Notes: generated by a model not told the origin, from the sequence alone. DNA of 64,000 nt from a bacterium (GCA_963681965.1 OY820579.1:1-64000); one strand, 5' to 3'; shown: positions 48,843-59,156, counted from the stretch's first letter. Numbers and translations are program-made.

Positions 48843-50624
48843 CTATCTTTTGATACGTTCGCCTTCGTCTTCGACACAGAACAACCAGCCTGCAACCGCG
48901 CCAACGCGGATCGGTGCCGGTGCTTCGCCGCCACTAGGCGTCGACATCCACCAGAATTCGCGACCACGATGGAACCGGCTGCTCTTTTCGCTGCCGTCAT
49001 CGGTCTCGGCTTCGGCTTTCATCTTCTTGAGGCGTTCGTGCCATAGTTCCCAATTCTTCATCCGGAGATCGATCCAGCCATCGAAACACCACTGATCGAC
49101 ACGTTCGGCGGAAACCGGGAAGTCTTTCTTCTTGCCCGGATCCGGGGGAATAACCACCGCATCGGCACGAAGAATCGATTTACCATCGGAGAACAGAATC
49201 GGCAAACCGATCGTGAGAATCTGCGAGCGTAGTTTCGGATCGGTCTTCAACATCGCTTCGGCAGCACAACGCATGGCTTCCGGAGTGGCATGCAGCGCCG
49301 CTTCGTAGGTGCCGTACGTTCGCTTCAGCAGATAGGCTTCGAACAACAACTTGCTGAGGCGCGGCGGTCCGAGAATTTCAAACGCGACGCTGTCTTCGCC
49401 ATTGGTCTTCTCGAGATCTTCAAGCTTCTTGAGGGCTTTCTCGCGAATAGCACCGGCGCGGTACGTCGGTCCCATTACCGCGGCGTCGATCGCGCCGACA
49501 ACATCCTTACCGGAATTGCCACCACATAGTTCATTGACCATGACATCGGCAATTTCTTCAGGCGTAATAAATTCCATCTGACCGATGCTGGTGATTGCTT
49601 CGAATTCGCCGGCGGAAAATACGCCATTCTCACCGGTATCGATGAATACGGCTTTGAGATCGTCGCCGGTAGGTTTGGCGCTGCCCGGTTTGACAGGGCT
49701 GAATTTCTCACCGAGTACTTCCGCTTGTTCGGGAGCGACATCGACCATAGCGATCGGACGACCCTTGCGATAAATCTTATCGAAGCGGATATCTTTCCAC
49801 GCAATGGCGGCTGCCGGTTTGATTTCTTTCACGACCGGTGCACCGGGTGTGATCGACATCAGCGTCAGCAGCAACGAATGCGCGCCGGCGACCGACGTCT
49901 TCGACATCAATACGCGCGACGGTTTCCCTTCGCTGTGCGTGTACGGGATGTTGAGACCCATACCACCGGTACCCATTGTACCGCACTTGATGTACGCGGT
50001 GACTTTGTGGCTTTGGCGTTCGACGGGCGATAGCTTGGTCGGCTTCATTGCTTCGAACATGACTTGGATGTGCCGCACCAATTGCGGAATGTAAAGCGAT
50101 CCGATCATCGATTCCGTGAAGTTCACGAGATTGGTCGGATCGGTGTTTTTTCCGGCGCGGAAATTTCCGATTTCGGTTCGGAGGCGCTCAGACTGTGAAT
50201 AAAGATCCTGATAGGCGATGCCGGTCGCGGTGTTGATACAGTCGATTACGGCGTCGGGTTTGTGCTCGTCGAGGAATCGGACAAACGTATTGTTCGTCAA
50301 GATCTCGGCGTCGAGCGGATCGAGAATGTCGCGCAAGTGAATTGCTCGGCGAGCCTGATCCTTGAGGATTTCATCTGCCTCGGGATCGGGACTGCGTCGG
50401 AGATCTTTGAAATCCCAACGAACGAAGACATTTCCCCAAACCGGAACCAATTCACAGTTCCCGGCATCGGGTTTTAATGTCGCGACTCCTTCTTTGGCTT
50501 CGGCTTCAGTCAAGCCGCCAATGACCACCTTACGGGGTTGTAACTTCAGTAATTTTCGGCAAAACGCGCGACCCACCAGACCGGCGCCACCGAGTACGAG
50601 AATTGTTTTTCCACGGATATCCAT
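48843..50624 (-). CDS. Large Rossmann-fold (SDR-like) protein of unknown function
   Basis: ILVLGGAGLVG nucleotide-binding motif, DCINTAT, GTMGTGGMGLNIPYTHSE, DTGENG; strongly biased codon usage. Confidence 0.8.
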   Translation of the reverse strand: MDIRGKTILVLGGAGLVGRAFCRKLLKLQPRKVVIGGLTEAEAKEGVATLKPDAGNCELVPVWGNVFVRWDFKDLRRSPDPEADEILKDQARRAIHLRDILDPLDAEILTNNTFVRFLDEHKPDAVIDCINTATGIAYQDLYSQSERLRTEIGNFRAGKNTDPTNLVNFTESMIGSLYIPQLVRHIQVMFEAMKPTKLSPVERQSHKVTAYIKCGTMGTGGMGLNIPYTHSEGKPSRVLMSKTSVAGAHSLLLTLMSITPGAPVVKEIKPAAAIAWKDIRFDKIYRKGRPIAMVDVAPEQAEVLGEKFSPVKPGSAKPTGDDLKAVFIDTGENGVFSAGEFEAITSIGQMEFITPEEIADVMVNELCGGNSGKDVVGAIDAAVMGPTYRAGAIREKALKKLEDLEKTNGEDSVAFEILGPPRLSKLLFEAYLLKRTYGTYEAALHATPEAMRCAAEAMLKTDPKLRSQILTIGLPILFSDGKSILRADAVVIPPDPGKKKDFPVSAERVDQWCFDGWIDLRMKNWELWHERLKKMKAEAETDDGSEKSSRFHRGREFWWMSTPSGGEAPAPIRVGAVAGWLFCVEDEGERIKR

Positions 50625-51002
50625 TAAGTCTCCTTGCTTGGTGCAGATCCTTGCGGACGGAGTGTTGAACGGTGTGCGACAAAAGGTAAAGAGAAAATGA
50701 AGGGGTAGGCAAATGCTAAAAAATTCTCAATCGGTCATTCGGTGAAACTCGGCAAATCAGACAGAAAATACTTTATAACTCGTGTAAGAATTTGAATCAC
50801 AATCAAATTGCGAAAACGGCATCCCGTTCTTGATAAACCGCCTTGAATTCATTATCGTGAATAAAGTAAGGTAATGCAGATTGTGATATATTTACAGTCG
50901 TAAATTCAACACATTTGGTTTTTTTGAAGTGAAAATAGATACCACTCACGATTTCGACTTCGATTTGCAGACTACGATCGATCCAACTAATCGAGGCAGT
51001 TC

Positions 51003-52670
51003 ATGACCCGATCTGTCTCACGAACTCCGCACCCGCCATCCGACCAAAATCATGCTGTCGAATCATCCAACCGGAATCTTCCCACACAATGGAATTCCGA
51101 ATCGGACTTACGTGCGGTATTGGACAACACGCACCGTGCGTACTTGCTATTGGATCGCGATGGTAAGATTCTACTGCTGAACAAGACAGCACAACAACTC
51201 TTCCGAGATTTCTATTCCTACGATTGTGCCCCGGGCGATCCATTGCAATTCATTGCAGAAAAAATGAACGACTTCGATTATGGTTTTCATTTCCGCTCGG
51301 TGCTTGACGGGAATTGGTTGACTTATCAGAAGCCGTTGATTCGCGAGGATGGCTCCGAATGCTGGTTTGAATTTCATTACGAACCGGTACTTGACAACAA
51401 TAACCATGTAGCCCGGGTTGTAATCAGCGCAACGGATATTACCGAACAGAAACAATCGGATTTCGAACGTCAGCGATTGCGGGAACGATTGCTCTCTCTG
51501 CAGAAGACGGAAAGCTTGCGGACGCTTGCGGGTGGGATTGCGCACGATTTCAACAATCTATTGGGTGGTATTCTCGGTTTCGCGGAATTATCGATGCTGT
51601 CGTTATCGGAGAGTTCTCCGGTTTACGATTACATGAAGAAAATCGAAACGGCAACTCATCGTGCTGCAGCACTCAGTAAATCTTTGCTCGCTTTTTCCGG
51701 TCACGGTAAATTCAATGTGCAATCGATCGAAGTAAACGACACGATCGAAAATCTTCTGCTCACACTGATTGCGGCAGTTAAAGGAAAATGCTCAATCTCG
51801 TTCGTTCCGCATTCGGTACCATTATCGATCGATGCCGATGTCCAGCAATTCAGTCAACTGCTGCTCAATCTGGTTTTGAATGCTGCCGAAGCGTATCAAG
51901 ACGATGAAAAGGGATCCATCACGATTACTACCGGTCTCATTTCATTCGACGATAATTTACGATTAGCGTGTCAATTCGATTCGGATGCACTTCAAGGGGA
52001 AGCGATCGCGATCGAAATTTGCGACGATGGAATCGGAATCGATCAGGAAACACTCCTTAAAATATTCGATCCATTCTTCTCGACGAAGCAATTCGGACGC
52101 GGTCTTGGACTTGCCGCCGTACAGGGAATTATTCGCAGCCACAGTGGCGCAGCGAAAATTGAAACTGCACCCAATCTCGGCACGAAATTCAGTATTTACC
52201 TTCCTCGATCAAGTGCCGCCATTTCCGAACGGATCGATTACACAACTGCGATTTCTGAAGAGACGTATACGATTTTGGTGATCGACGACGATGAATCGTT
52301 GCTGACGATCGAGCGCAGTATCCTTGAAAAAGCCGGTTACGATGTTATTTCAGCAAACGATGGTATCAAGGCGATCGACGCGCTTCGCGAAAACCGCGAT
52401 CGTATTTCGCTCGCAGTACTCGATGTAACGATGCCGATTATGAGCGGTGAAGTGGTATTGGAACACTTATTGACGATTAAAGAAGATCTGAAAGTGATCG
52501 TTACTAGCGGTTTTGGTGAAGCGGATATCGCAGCAAAATTCATTCGTCACAAACCGACGGTATTTCTCCCGAAACCGTTTAGTTTCGAGCAACTCGTCTC
52601 GAGTATCAACAATCTGCTGAATCAAGATCCGAAATCGGAGAAGTTGATTGCCAACGAATCGATGCTCTAG
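51003..52670 (+). CDS. Cytoplasmic PAS hybrid histidine kinase with receiver domain
   Basis: PAS/PAC, LAGGIAHDFNNLL H-box, NLVLNA, DDGIGI, IFDPFFSTK, GRGLGL, receiver LVIDD...LDVTMP...FLPKPF. Confidence 0.93.
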   Translation: MTRSVSRTPHPPSDQNHAVESSNRNLPTQWNSESDLRAVLDNTHRAYLLLDRDGKILLLNKTAQQLFRDFYSYDCAPGDPLQFIAEKMNDFDYGFHFRSVLDGNWLTYQKPLIREDGSECWFEFHYEPVLDNNNHVARVVISATDITEQKQSDFERQRLRERLLSLQKTESLRTLAGGIAHDFNNLLGGILGFAELSMLSLSESSPVYDYMKKIETATHRAAALSKSLLAFSGHGKFNVQSIEVNDTIENLLLTLIAAVKGKCSISFVPHSVPLSIDADVQQFSQLLLNLVLNAAEAYQDDEKGSITITTGLISFDDNLRLACQFDSDALQGEAIAIEICDDGIGIDQETLLKIFDPFFSTKQFGRGLGLAAVQGIIRSHSGAAKIETAPNLGTKFSIYLPRSSAAISERIDYTTAISEETYTILVIDDDESLLTIERSILEKAGYDVISANDGIKAIDALRENRDRISLAVLDVTMPIMSGEVVLEHLLTIKEDLKVIVTSGFGEADIAAKFIRHKPTVFLPKPFSFEQLVSSINNLLNQDPKSEKLIANESML

Positions 52671-52901
52671 TTTTCGAAGGTTTCAACTTATTCATTCCCA
52701 TCATTCAATCTCTCAACCTCTATTCCCACTGATAACTTATTTTCTGCCAACGAATACATAATGAGTTACGATTTAAAATTAGATCTACATCACAACAAAT
52801 TTGATTAAATTTAAATTTTGGGTTGCGAACATCGTTACCTTCTTCTTACCCTTTATGGTAGTATGATTACAAGCCTATTTCATGATTCTATTGATGAGGT
52901 T

Positions 52902-54440
52902 ATGATGAAAACACGTCTGTTTTTTCTGCTTTTGTCGATGCTCTTCGCAATTTCTTCTTGTAGTCGATCTCCCAATGGGAGTAGCGATAACAGCATCAAC
53001 AACTCTAGTCCTTCATTAGTCCACTTCTCTGCAACGTCGACTCAGACCAACTATCAGAGCGATACGCTTCGCTTCGATGTTTCAGTAACCGATCGAAATG
53101 GTGCTCGTTACACGGGAGATGGTGCGGTTTGCTGGCATCGACTATCTACGGCTAGTGGTTCCTGGCGGTTTGATACTACTCCGATTGCGAATGGTATCGC
53201 ATCGAATGTATACATGCGGGGATCGGGATCAGATTTATCTGCCGACACACTCATCGTGTGTCTCCTCGATGAATTTTCAACCAACGACACGCTCGTTTTA
53301 CGACCGCGAATTCGACCGATGCGCTTTGGATTGACGTTGGATTCCGTCAATACGTCACGTATTGCTGTTGGTGGTTCTACCACTCGATTATTGGCGCAGG
53401 TTCATTTCGAGCGCGTGATTTATTCACCAGTGGGTGTACCGGTGCGGTTCACTATTGTCAATGCGATTAGTTTCGGGACTGCGCCGTATCGTCCGGCGTT
53501 ACTTCGAACTTCAAGTGGATCAATCGGATACGATACACTCACAGCAGCGACTGACGATCACGGAGTCGCAGGGATTTATCTGTTGACCGGAAACCGAGCC
53601 GGTAACGTACAAGTGGCCGCTGAGGTTTTGAATCCGACCACTGGACAACCATTTTCACCGCCTATTCGCAATCAATATGCCAATCTCGCTATCATTCCGG
53701 GTGCTCCGGACAGCGTCGATTGGACAATCGATTCGCTCGATTTCCAGCAAGAAGGGGGGGGGATCTGGACCATTTCACTTCCGACAATCACGGTTCGCGA
53801 CCGGTTTCGCAATCTAATCCATTCTTCATTTTCGTATTCAGTGTCGCCGGAATCGCTGGCAGTAATCGTCGGCGGTAGCACTCCAAGATTGCAGTTTCAC
53901 GGTCTAAACACAATGGATACTGTGTTGTTTACGTGTACCGATACGTTGTTAAATCTTACGGTGAGAAATCGTTTTGCGCTGCCGTTGTTAGGTGGGTATG
54001 TTCAATTAACTAGTATTCCTGGTACTTGTTTCTTTACTTCCGGTCGCGAAACAGCCACTCTGGTTGTCTATGCACTTATTCGAGATGGCTACGGTAGCCG
54101 AATACCGCGGGTGCCGGTCGAGTTTACAACGCAATATGGACATTTTTATAAAACTACAACCGAAGCCGCTTCCGAGGTATACAATCCACCGCTAGTGAAT
54201 GGTTTGCAAAATGGGATTGCACCGAATGTTAGACGCACGGGGAACTACAGCTTTCCGGTACCGGGATATACCGATCCGAACGGCATTGGCACTGCGACTC
54301 TGTATTTGCGAGTGAATGAATCTGATGTCTTTACGAATCCAGAAGTGATTGAGCTGAATGGCGAGATCAATGCTCACGTACCGGGTTACAATATTCAATC
54401 GGCAAGATATATAGTCAATTACCAACGATCAACGCGTTGA
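52902..54440 (+). CDS. Lipoprotein with Ig/invasin-like domains
   Basis: Lipobox ISSC; GVPVRF, ATDDHGVA, AG.VQV.A, VPVEFTT..G motifs. Confidence 0.7.
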   Translation: MMKTRLFFLLLSMLFAISSCSRSPNGSSDNSINNSSPSLVHFSATSTQTNYQSDTLRFDVSVTDRNGARYTGDGAVCWHRLSTASGSWRFDTTPIANGIASNVYMRGSGSDLSADTLIVCLLDEFSTNDTLVLRPRIRPMRFGLTLDSVNTSRIAVGGSTTRLLAQVHFERVIYSPVGVPVRFTIVNAISFGTAPYRPALLRTSSGSIGYDTLTAATDDHGVAGIYLLTGNRAGNVQVAAEVLNPTTGQPFSPPIRNQYANLAIIPGAPDSVDWTIDSLDFQQEGGGIWTISLPTITVRDRFRNLIHSSFSYSVSPESLAVIVGGSTPRLQFHGLNTMDTVLFTCTDTLLNLTVRNRFALPLLGGYVQLTSIPGTCFFTSGRETATLVVYALIRDGYGSRIPRVPVEFTTQYGHFYKTTTEAASEVYNPPLVNGLQNGIAPNVRRTGNYSFPVPGYTDPNGIGTATLYLRVNESDVFTNPEVIELNGEINAHVPGYNIQSARYIVNYQRSTR

Positions 54441-54459
54441 TTGTGGCTTGATCTAGCGA

Positions 54460-54489
54460 AAAGGGCGGTGTGAACACCGCTCTTTTTTT
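54460..54489. terminator. Bidirectional terminator between convergent genes
   Basis: AAAAGGGCGGTGT-GA-ACACCGCTCTTTTTT. Confidence 0.75.
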
Positions 54490-55177
54490 ATTCTCTTTCA
54501 GTAGTTTCTGATTCTGAATCAATTCGATCAGTTTCGATGATTGGTTCGGGTGGGTGTTCCGAATCCGTCATCGGTGTTTCCAAGTCGACTGGTGTGCTCG
54601 GTTCAGGAAGTTCGGCTGAATTCTGTGATTGTTCAGCGACAGTTTCTGGTTCTTTCGTTGCATCGTCGCGGAAAGTGGTTTGATATTCTTCGATGAGATC
54701 GGTTAGTTTCGTCACGCCGAATAACTCGAGGAAGAGGTCGGTGACGCGGAAGAATGCCGCACGACCGGGGGTTTCTTCGCGACCGGCTTCTTCAATTAAT
54801 CCGCGCGCTTGAAGGCTGTTGACAACACTATCGGAATCGACTCCGCGCAAGCGATCAATTTCGGAACGGGTTGCAGTTTTTTGCATTACGATAATTGCGA
54901 GTACTTCCAAAGCAGGTCGAGTAATCTTTGCCGGTTCGCCGCGAACGGAAATCAACAACTGAGCGAATTCGGGACGGGTACGCAAGCGAATCGCCGAACC
55001 TTCGCGCGACACAAACAGCGAGTGTCCTTCATTGCGGTACTGCTCTTCCAGCAATTCCAACTCGCGATCGACCCGACCGACCGGCATGACGAGCAATTCG
55101 GCAATCCTCGCGAGTGTCAGCGGGTTATCAGTGGCAAATAGCAATGCTTCCAGTTGTGCACGTTCAGGTGTTAACAT
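54488..55177 (-). CDS. scpB: SMC-Scp complex subunit ScpB
   Basis: LEALLFA...PL, LRTRPE, ALEVLAII, TRSEIDRLRGVDS, GREETPGR...T..FL..FG. Confidence 0.93.
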   Translation of the reverse strand: MLTPERAQLEALLFATDNPLTLARIAELLVMPVGRVDRELELLEEQYRNEGHSLFVSREGSAIRLRTRPEFAQLLISVRGEPAKITRPALEVLAIIVMQKTATRSEIDRLRGVDSDSVVNSLQARGLIEEAGREETPGRAAFFRVTDLFLELFGVTKLTDLIEEYQTTFRDDATKEPETVAEQSQNSAELPEPSTPVDLETPMTDSEHPPEPIIETDRIDSESETTERE

Positions 55178-55190
55178 GAATGGTTCCGGA

Positions 55191-56030
55191 TTATTCTTCC
55201 TTCGAATACGACAAGGGTAATTCCAACTCTTCGGTCTTTTCTTCTGTCGGCAGGATTGGTGTTTTCACACGGGTAAGATAAATCGCGCCAGTCTCTTCGT
55301 CCTGTTCGATCAAGACGATTTGTTGCGTCACCAATTCCAGCAACGTCAAGAAGGTCAGTACTTTGTCGATCAGCGATTCACCGCGCCAGATCGCGCGCAA
55401 TTCTTTGCGCTCATGTAGCGGCAACCGGTGAATCAGTATCTCGCGACGATTGGCAATCGGTTCGTCACCTTTCGGCAACACGCGAATCTGCTCGCGCGGA
55501 CGCATGACCAATTCGCGGTATATCTGCAACAGTGCGCGACGCGTCTTCTCATTGACCGGTGTCAACGGCTTGGTGCGATCGCCCGCTCCCAATCCTCGCG
55601 GAAAGGTGCCCCACCAACTGCGGTAGCGACGTGCGAGCATCGTGGCAAAACGATTGTGTTCACGTTCGTCCGTCCAATTTTCCGGTTCGGGCGGTTTGAC
55701 CATTGCCACTTCGGGCAAACCGATTTTTCCGAGCAAAGCGCTTTTTACTTCAAGCAGCAACGCATCGTAATAAATCGACGTACCGGCACCGAGGATATCG
55801 CGCCCGGCGAGTGTCGGCATCGTTTTGAAGACCTGCTCCGCCACTGCGATGGGGGGAATCTCCTTGGTATCCAATTCACCGCGACGAAGCAGGAAGCAGA
55901 GTACATCGAGGGGACCTTTGAAGGCGGGTAGATCGACTTGCACGATCCCCTCAAAGATAGACTCCTGCGGTTCCTCGACAGTAGTGTCGAGGGGTTCTTC
56001 GTCGATGATTTCGATCGGTGCGCTGCTCAT
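55191..56030 (-). CDS. scpA: Segregation and condensation protein ScpA (divergent)
   Basis: VDLPAFKGPLDVL..L, LLEVKS.LL, TFLTLLEL; between trpS and scpB. Confidence 0.85.
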   Translation of the reverse strand: MSSAPIEIIDEEPLDTTVEEPQESIFEGIVQVDLPAFKGPLDVLCFLLRRGELDTKEIPPIAVAEQVFKTMPTLAGRDILGAGTSIYYDALLLEVKSALLGKIGLPEVAMVKPPEPENWTDEREHNRFATMLARRYRSWWGTFPRGLGAGDRTKPLTPVNEKTRRALLQIYRELVMRPREQIRVLPKGDEPIANRREILIHRLPLHERKELRAIWRGESLIDKVLTFLTLLELVTQQIVLIEQDEETGAIYLTRVKTPILPTEEKTEELELPLSYSKEE

Positions 56031-56037
56031 CGGATCA

Positions 56038-57057
56038 TCAGTTCTCGAAGCCCATCAATACGCGGACTTCCGACATGGTTTTTTCGGCTTCAATCCGTGC
56101 TCGTGTTTCGCCATCGAGCAGAATCTCGCGCACCACCTCGGGTTTGCTCGCATACTCGGCGCGTTTTTCTTGAATCGGATTCAGGAATTCGAGTATCTTA
56201 TCACCGCATCGTTTCTTGCAGGCAACACAACCCAACGCTCCGGATTTACAATCCTGTTCGATCTGCGCAGTTTCACCCAGATTAAATTTCTGGTGATAAG
56301 TGTAGATCGTACAGATTTCAGGACGTCCGGGATCGCTCTTTCGGACTTTCTGCTCATCGGTGATAGCACCGCGGAGCTTCGCTCGAATCTCATCTTCGGG
56401 ATCGGACATCAAGATCGTATTGCCGAGCGATTTTGACATGCGCCGTCGATCCAATCCGGGGAGTCGAGCAAATTGTCCGACGCGCGGTTCTGGTTCTGGA
56501 AATACCGGTTCGCGGTTTTCGCAGAACACAAAATTGAAGCGCCGCGCCAATTCGCGTGCCAACTCGATGTGCGGTACTTGATCCTCGCCGACCGGCACCA
56601 AATGTGCTTTGTAGACAAGAATGTCGGCAGCCTGCAATACCGGATAACCGATATGACCGTAGGAAAATTCATCTTCCATTCCAAGATCGCGAATCTGCTC
56701 TTTGAAGGTCGGATTGCGTTGCAATCGACCGAAGCTGATCAACATCGAAAACAGTAAATGGAGTTCGGCATGTTCGCGTACCTGCGACTGGCGAAAAATC
56801 GGCGATTGCTGCGGATCGATTCCCGCGGCAAGCCAATCGAGCACCATTTCATAGGTGTTTTCCCAAATCTTTTCCGGGTGTTGATAGTCGGTAGTAAGTA
56901 CATGCCAATCGGCGACAAGATGAAAGTTGTCGTATTCCGATTGCAAATTCACCCAGTTTTCCAAGACGGTGAAATGACCTAGATGAAGCTTTCCCGTGGG
57001 TCTCATCCCCGAGAGAATTCGCTTCCGCTGCGGTGCCACATTGCCTCCTGTTACCAT
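56038..57057 (-). CDS. trpS: Tryptophan--tRNA ligase
   Basis: SGMRPTGKLHLGH, YPVLQAADIL, VPVGEDQ..H.E, RMSKS. Confidence 0.96.
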   Translation of the reverse strand: MVTGGNVAPQRKRILSGMRPTGKLHLGHFTVLENWVNLQSEYDNFHLVADWHVLTTDYQHPEKIWENTYEMVLDWLAAGIDPQQSPIFRQSQVREHAELHLLFSMLISFGRLQRNPTFKEQIRDLGMEDEFSYGHIGYPVLQAADILVYKAHLVPVGEDQVPHIELARELARRFNFVFCENREPVFPEPEPRVGQFARLPGLDRRRMSKSLGNTILMSDPEDEIRAKLRGAITDEQKVRKSDPGRPEICTIYTYHQKFNLGETAQIEQDCKSGALGCVACKKRCGDKILEFLNPIQEKRAEYASKPEVVREILLDGETRARIEAEKTMSEVRVLMGFEN

Positions 57058-57398
57058 TTATGAAAGATGAAAAACGAACCGATCAAAACGAATGCAAATC
57101 CCACCAGAACATTCCAGCGGATCGGTTCTTGTAAATACCACGCTGAAAAAAGAACGAAAATCGATAGCGTGATAATTTCCTGAATTGTCTTTAGTTGTGC
57201 GCCGGAATAATAGCCGTAGCCGATCCGATTGGCGGGAACCTGCAGACAATACTCGAATAGCGCAATTCCCCAACTGACCAAGATGGTTGCAATCAACGGC
57301 GACGATTTAAAACGAAGGTGTCCATACCATGCGAAGGTCATGAACACATTTGACCCGATCAGTAAAATGACCGGCATCCACAATCGGTACGACAACAC
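57051..57398 (-). CDS. DMT-superfamily small membrane protein
   Basis: SNVFMTFAWYGHL, SWGIALFEYCLQVPANRIG, QLKTIQEIITL. Confidence 0.9.
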   Translation of the reverse strand: MLSYRLWMPVILLIGSNVFMTFAWYGHLRFKSSPLIATILVSWGIALFEYCLQVPANRIGYGYYSGAQLKTIQEIITLSIFVLFSAWYLQEPIRWNVLVGFAFVLIGSFFIFHKW

Positions 57399-57448
57399 AG
57401 TGAATATTCCTGAGACGAATCAAAATCAGTGGATTCAATTTAATAGTT

Positions 57449-57472
57449 CGGGCGGACTAGTTTGTCCGCCCG
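57449..57472. repeat. Palindrome, REP-like or terminator
   Basis: CGGGCGGAC-TAGTTT-GTCCGCCCG. Confidence 0.45.
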
Positions 57473-57561
57473 GTTGGGAACATCGCTCAATTTACAGCGT
57501 CTCTCTGCCGAAAACCACTCAATTGGTAGAAAAAAGTGTCGGCAATTCGCTTGGATCTTGA

Positions 57562-58665
57562 TTATAAAGCACTATATTCCAATCCTGTAAATTCGCTAAC
57601 CAGTTCCCGTGTCGCTTTTCCTTGCCATAATGTGATGCCACTTCGAACCGGTTCGGGGCATTCAAAGGTATTCCCAGTACCCTTTTCGGCGATGCAAAGC
57701 AGCATATCACCGACCAGATTAGTTAATAGATGCGAAGCAGTACGACCGACTGCAGCCGGTAAATTGGGCACACATAGGTGTGTCACGTTATCCTTGACGA
57801 ACACAGGATCGCGCAGGGATGTCGGTCGCGACGTTTCGATCGAACCACCCTGATCGATTGCGAGATCGACAACGACACTACCCGGCTTCATCGCTTTGAT
57901 CATCTCGGCAGAAACGACGTGAGGTGCGGGAAGATCTTCCATGTGGACGGCACTGATCAAGACATCGACGAATTTAGCGATGTTCATCAAATTACTCGGG
58001 ATCGCGACCATGGTTTCGAGATGCGGATACAACGTGTCGGGGAGCGTCCGTAATTGATCGGGAAAGCGGTCAAGAAGAAGTACCCGGGCACCGGCACCAA
58101 TTGCGGCACGAGTGGCGGAAATACCGGCAGCACCGGCACCAATCACAGCGATTTGCGCACCCGGCACCGAGGGAAGTGACGGCATTAAAATTCCGCGTCC
58201 ACCATGCTGCGTCTGCAGGTACGTTCCCGCCATTTGAACGGCTAATCGACCGCCAATTTCGCTCATCACCTGTCGTAATGGATAAGATCCATCATTAGAG
58301 CGAACGGATTCCAATGCCAGCGCACTGATCCTACGGTCGCGTAGTTCTGCCAGGTGTGCTTTCGACATTGATGCAATCAACAAGAAGCTGACAAGCAGTT
58401 GTTCTTCTTGCAATAGTTTTATTTCATCAAGCGATGGGGGTTGCACTTTGGCGACAATTTCGGCACGCGCAATCGCTTCCGACTGCGAATAGGCGATCAA
58501 AGCGCCACGGTCGGAATAATCGGTATCTTTCCAACCTGCCCGCTCCCCGGCTCCGGTCTGCACATATACGCGGTGACCAGCGGCAACTAACGCACCGACA
58601 CCATTGGGATTGAGCAATACGCGCGATTCTTCCGGAAAACTCTCCTTGAGTAATGAAATATCCAT
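57562..58665 (-). CDS. Alanine dehydrogenase-like protein with divergent active site
   Basis: ESRV, GAG...D.DY...GA, MSEIGGRLAVQ, GGRGIL, IGAGAAG, VDLAIDQGG, CVPNLP; lacks KVKEP and the catalytic His motif. Confidence 0.82.
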   Translation of the reverse strand: MDISLLKESFPEESRVLLNPNGVGALVAAGHRVYVQTGAGERAGWKDTDYSDRGALIAYSQSEAIARAEIVAKVQPPSLDEIKLLQEEQLLVSFLLIASMSKAHLAELRDRRISALALESVRSNDGSYPLRQVMSEIGGRLAVQMAGTYLQTQHGGRGILMPSLPSVPGAQIAVIGAGAAGISATRAAIGAGARVLLLDRFPDQLRTLPDTLYPHLETMVAIPSNLMNIAKFVDVLISAVHMEDLPAPHVVSAEMIKAMKPGSVVVDLAIDQGGSIETSRPTSLRDPVFVKDNVTHLCVPNLPAAVGRTASHLLTNLVGDMLLCIAEKGTGNTFECPEPVRSGITLWQGKATRELVSEFTGLEYSAL

Positions 58666-58823
58666 TGGCGCCCCCATAAAATTCGATGATATGTTTCAAC
58701 AAACAAAACAAGTATATACCTGCGGATCTACTACCCGCTTGGTAGTGGTACGAAATTCACCCGGGATTGGTTTTGATCTGAATAAATAATTCCGAAATGA
58801 ATGAAACGATGCCGGTTGGATCG

Positions 58824-59156
58824 CTAGATCTCGATGAGTTCTCCGGTAAACATCTTTTCCTGAATATCGCCCATCGACACAATCCGTCCGGTGGCGAGTT
58901 GCTCGGAAATACCGTAATAATCGCAACAGGTTCTACAGGCGTAAAGGTGTACCCCCTCTTTCGCCATCAACAACAATGGTTCGATGATGGGCGAGTCCTG
59001 TAATAACATTTTCACACCTTCGTGGAGAAAGCAGATCGAATCCGGTTCGACAATCGATTCCGCCAGCGTTCGCCAGAAGTTAACAAACAGCTTATTGCCT
59101 AATTCATCATCTTTCCCGAGATACGTATGGGTAACCAGAATCACTTTATGACTCAT
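58824..59156 (-). CDS. DsrE-like sulfurtransferase, YedF C-terminal type
   Basis: LGKDDELGNKL..NF...L, FLHEGV, ACRTCCDYYG, GRIVSM. Confidence 0.8.
   Translation of the reverse strand: MSHKVILVTHTYLGKDDELGNKLFVNFWRTLAESIVEPDSICFLHEGVKMLLQDSPIIEPLLLMAKEGVHLYACRTCCDYYGISEQLATGRIVSMGDIQEKMFTGELIEI

Noticed and set aside
56424-56444. RMSKS instead of KMSKS in TrpRS
   Set aside because: Conservative change at the first position; the catalytic second Lys is intact.
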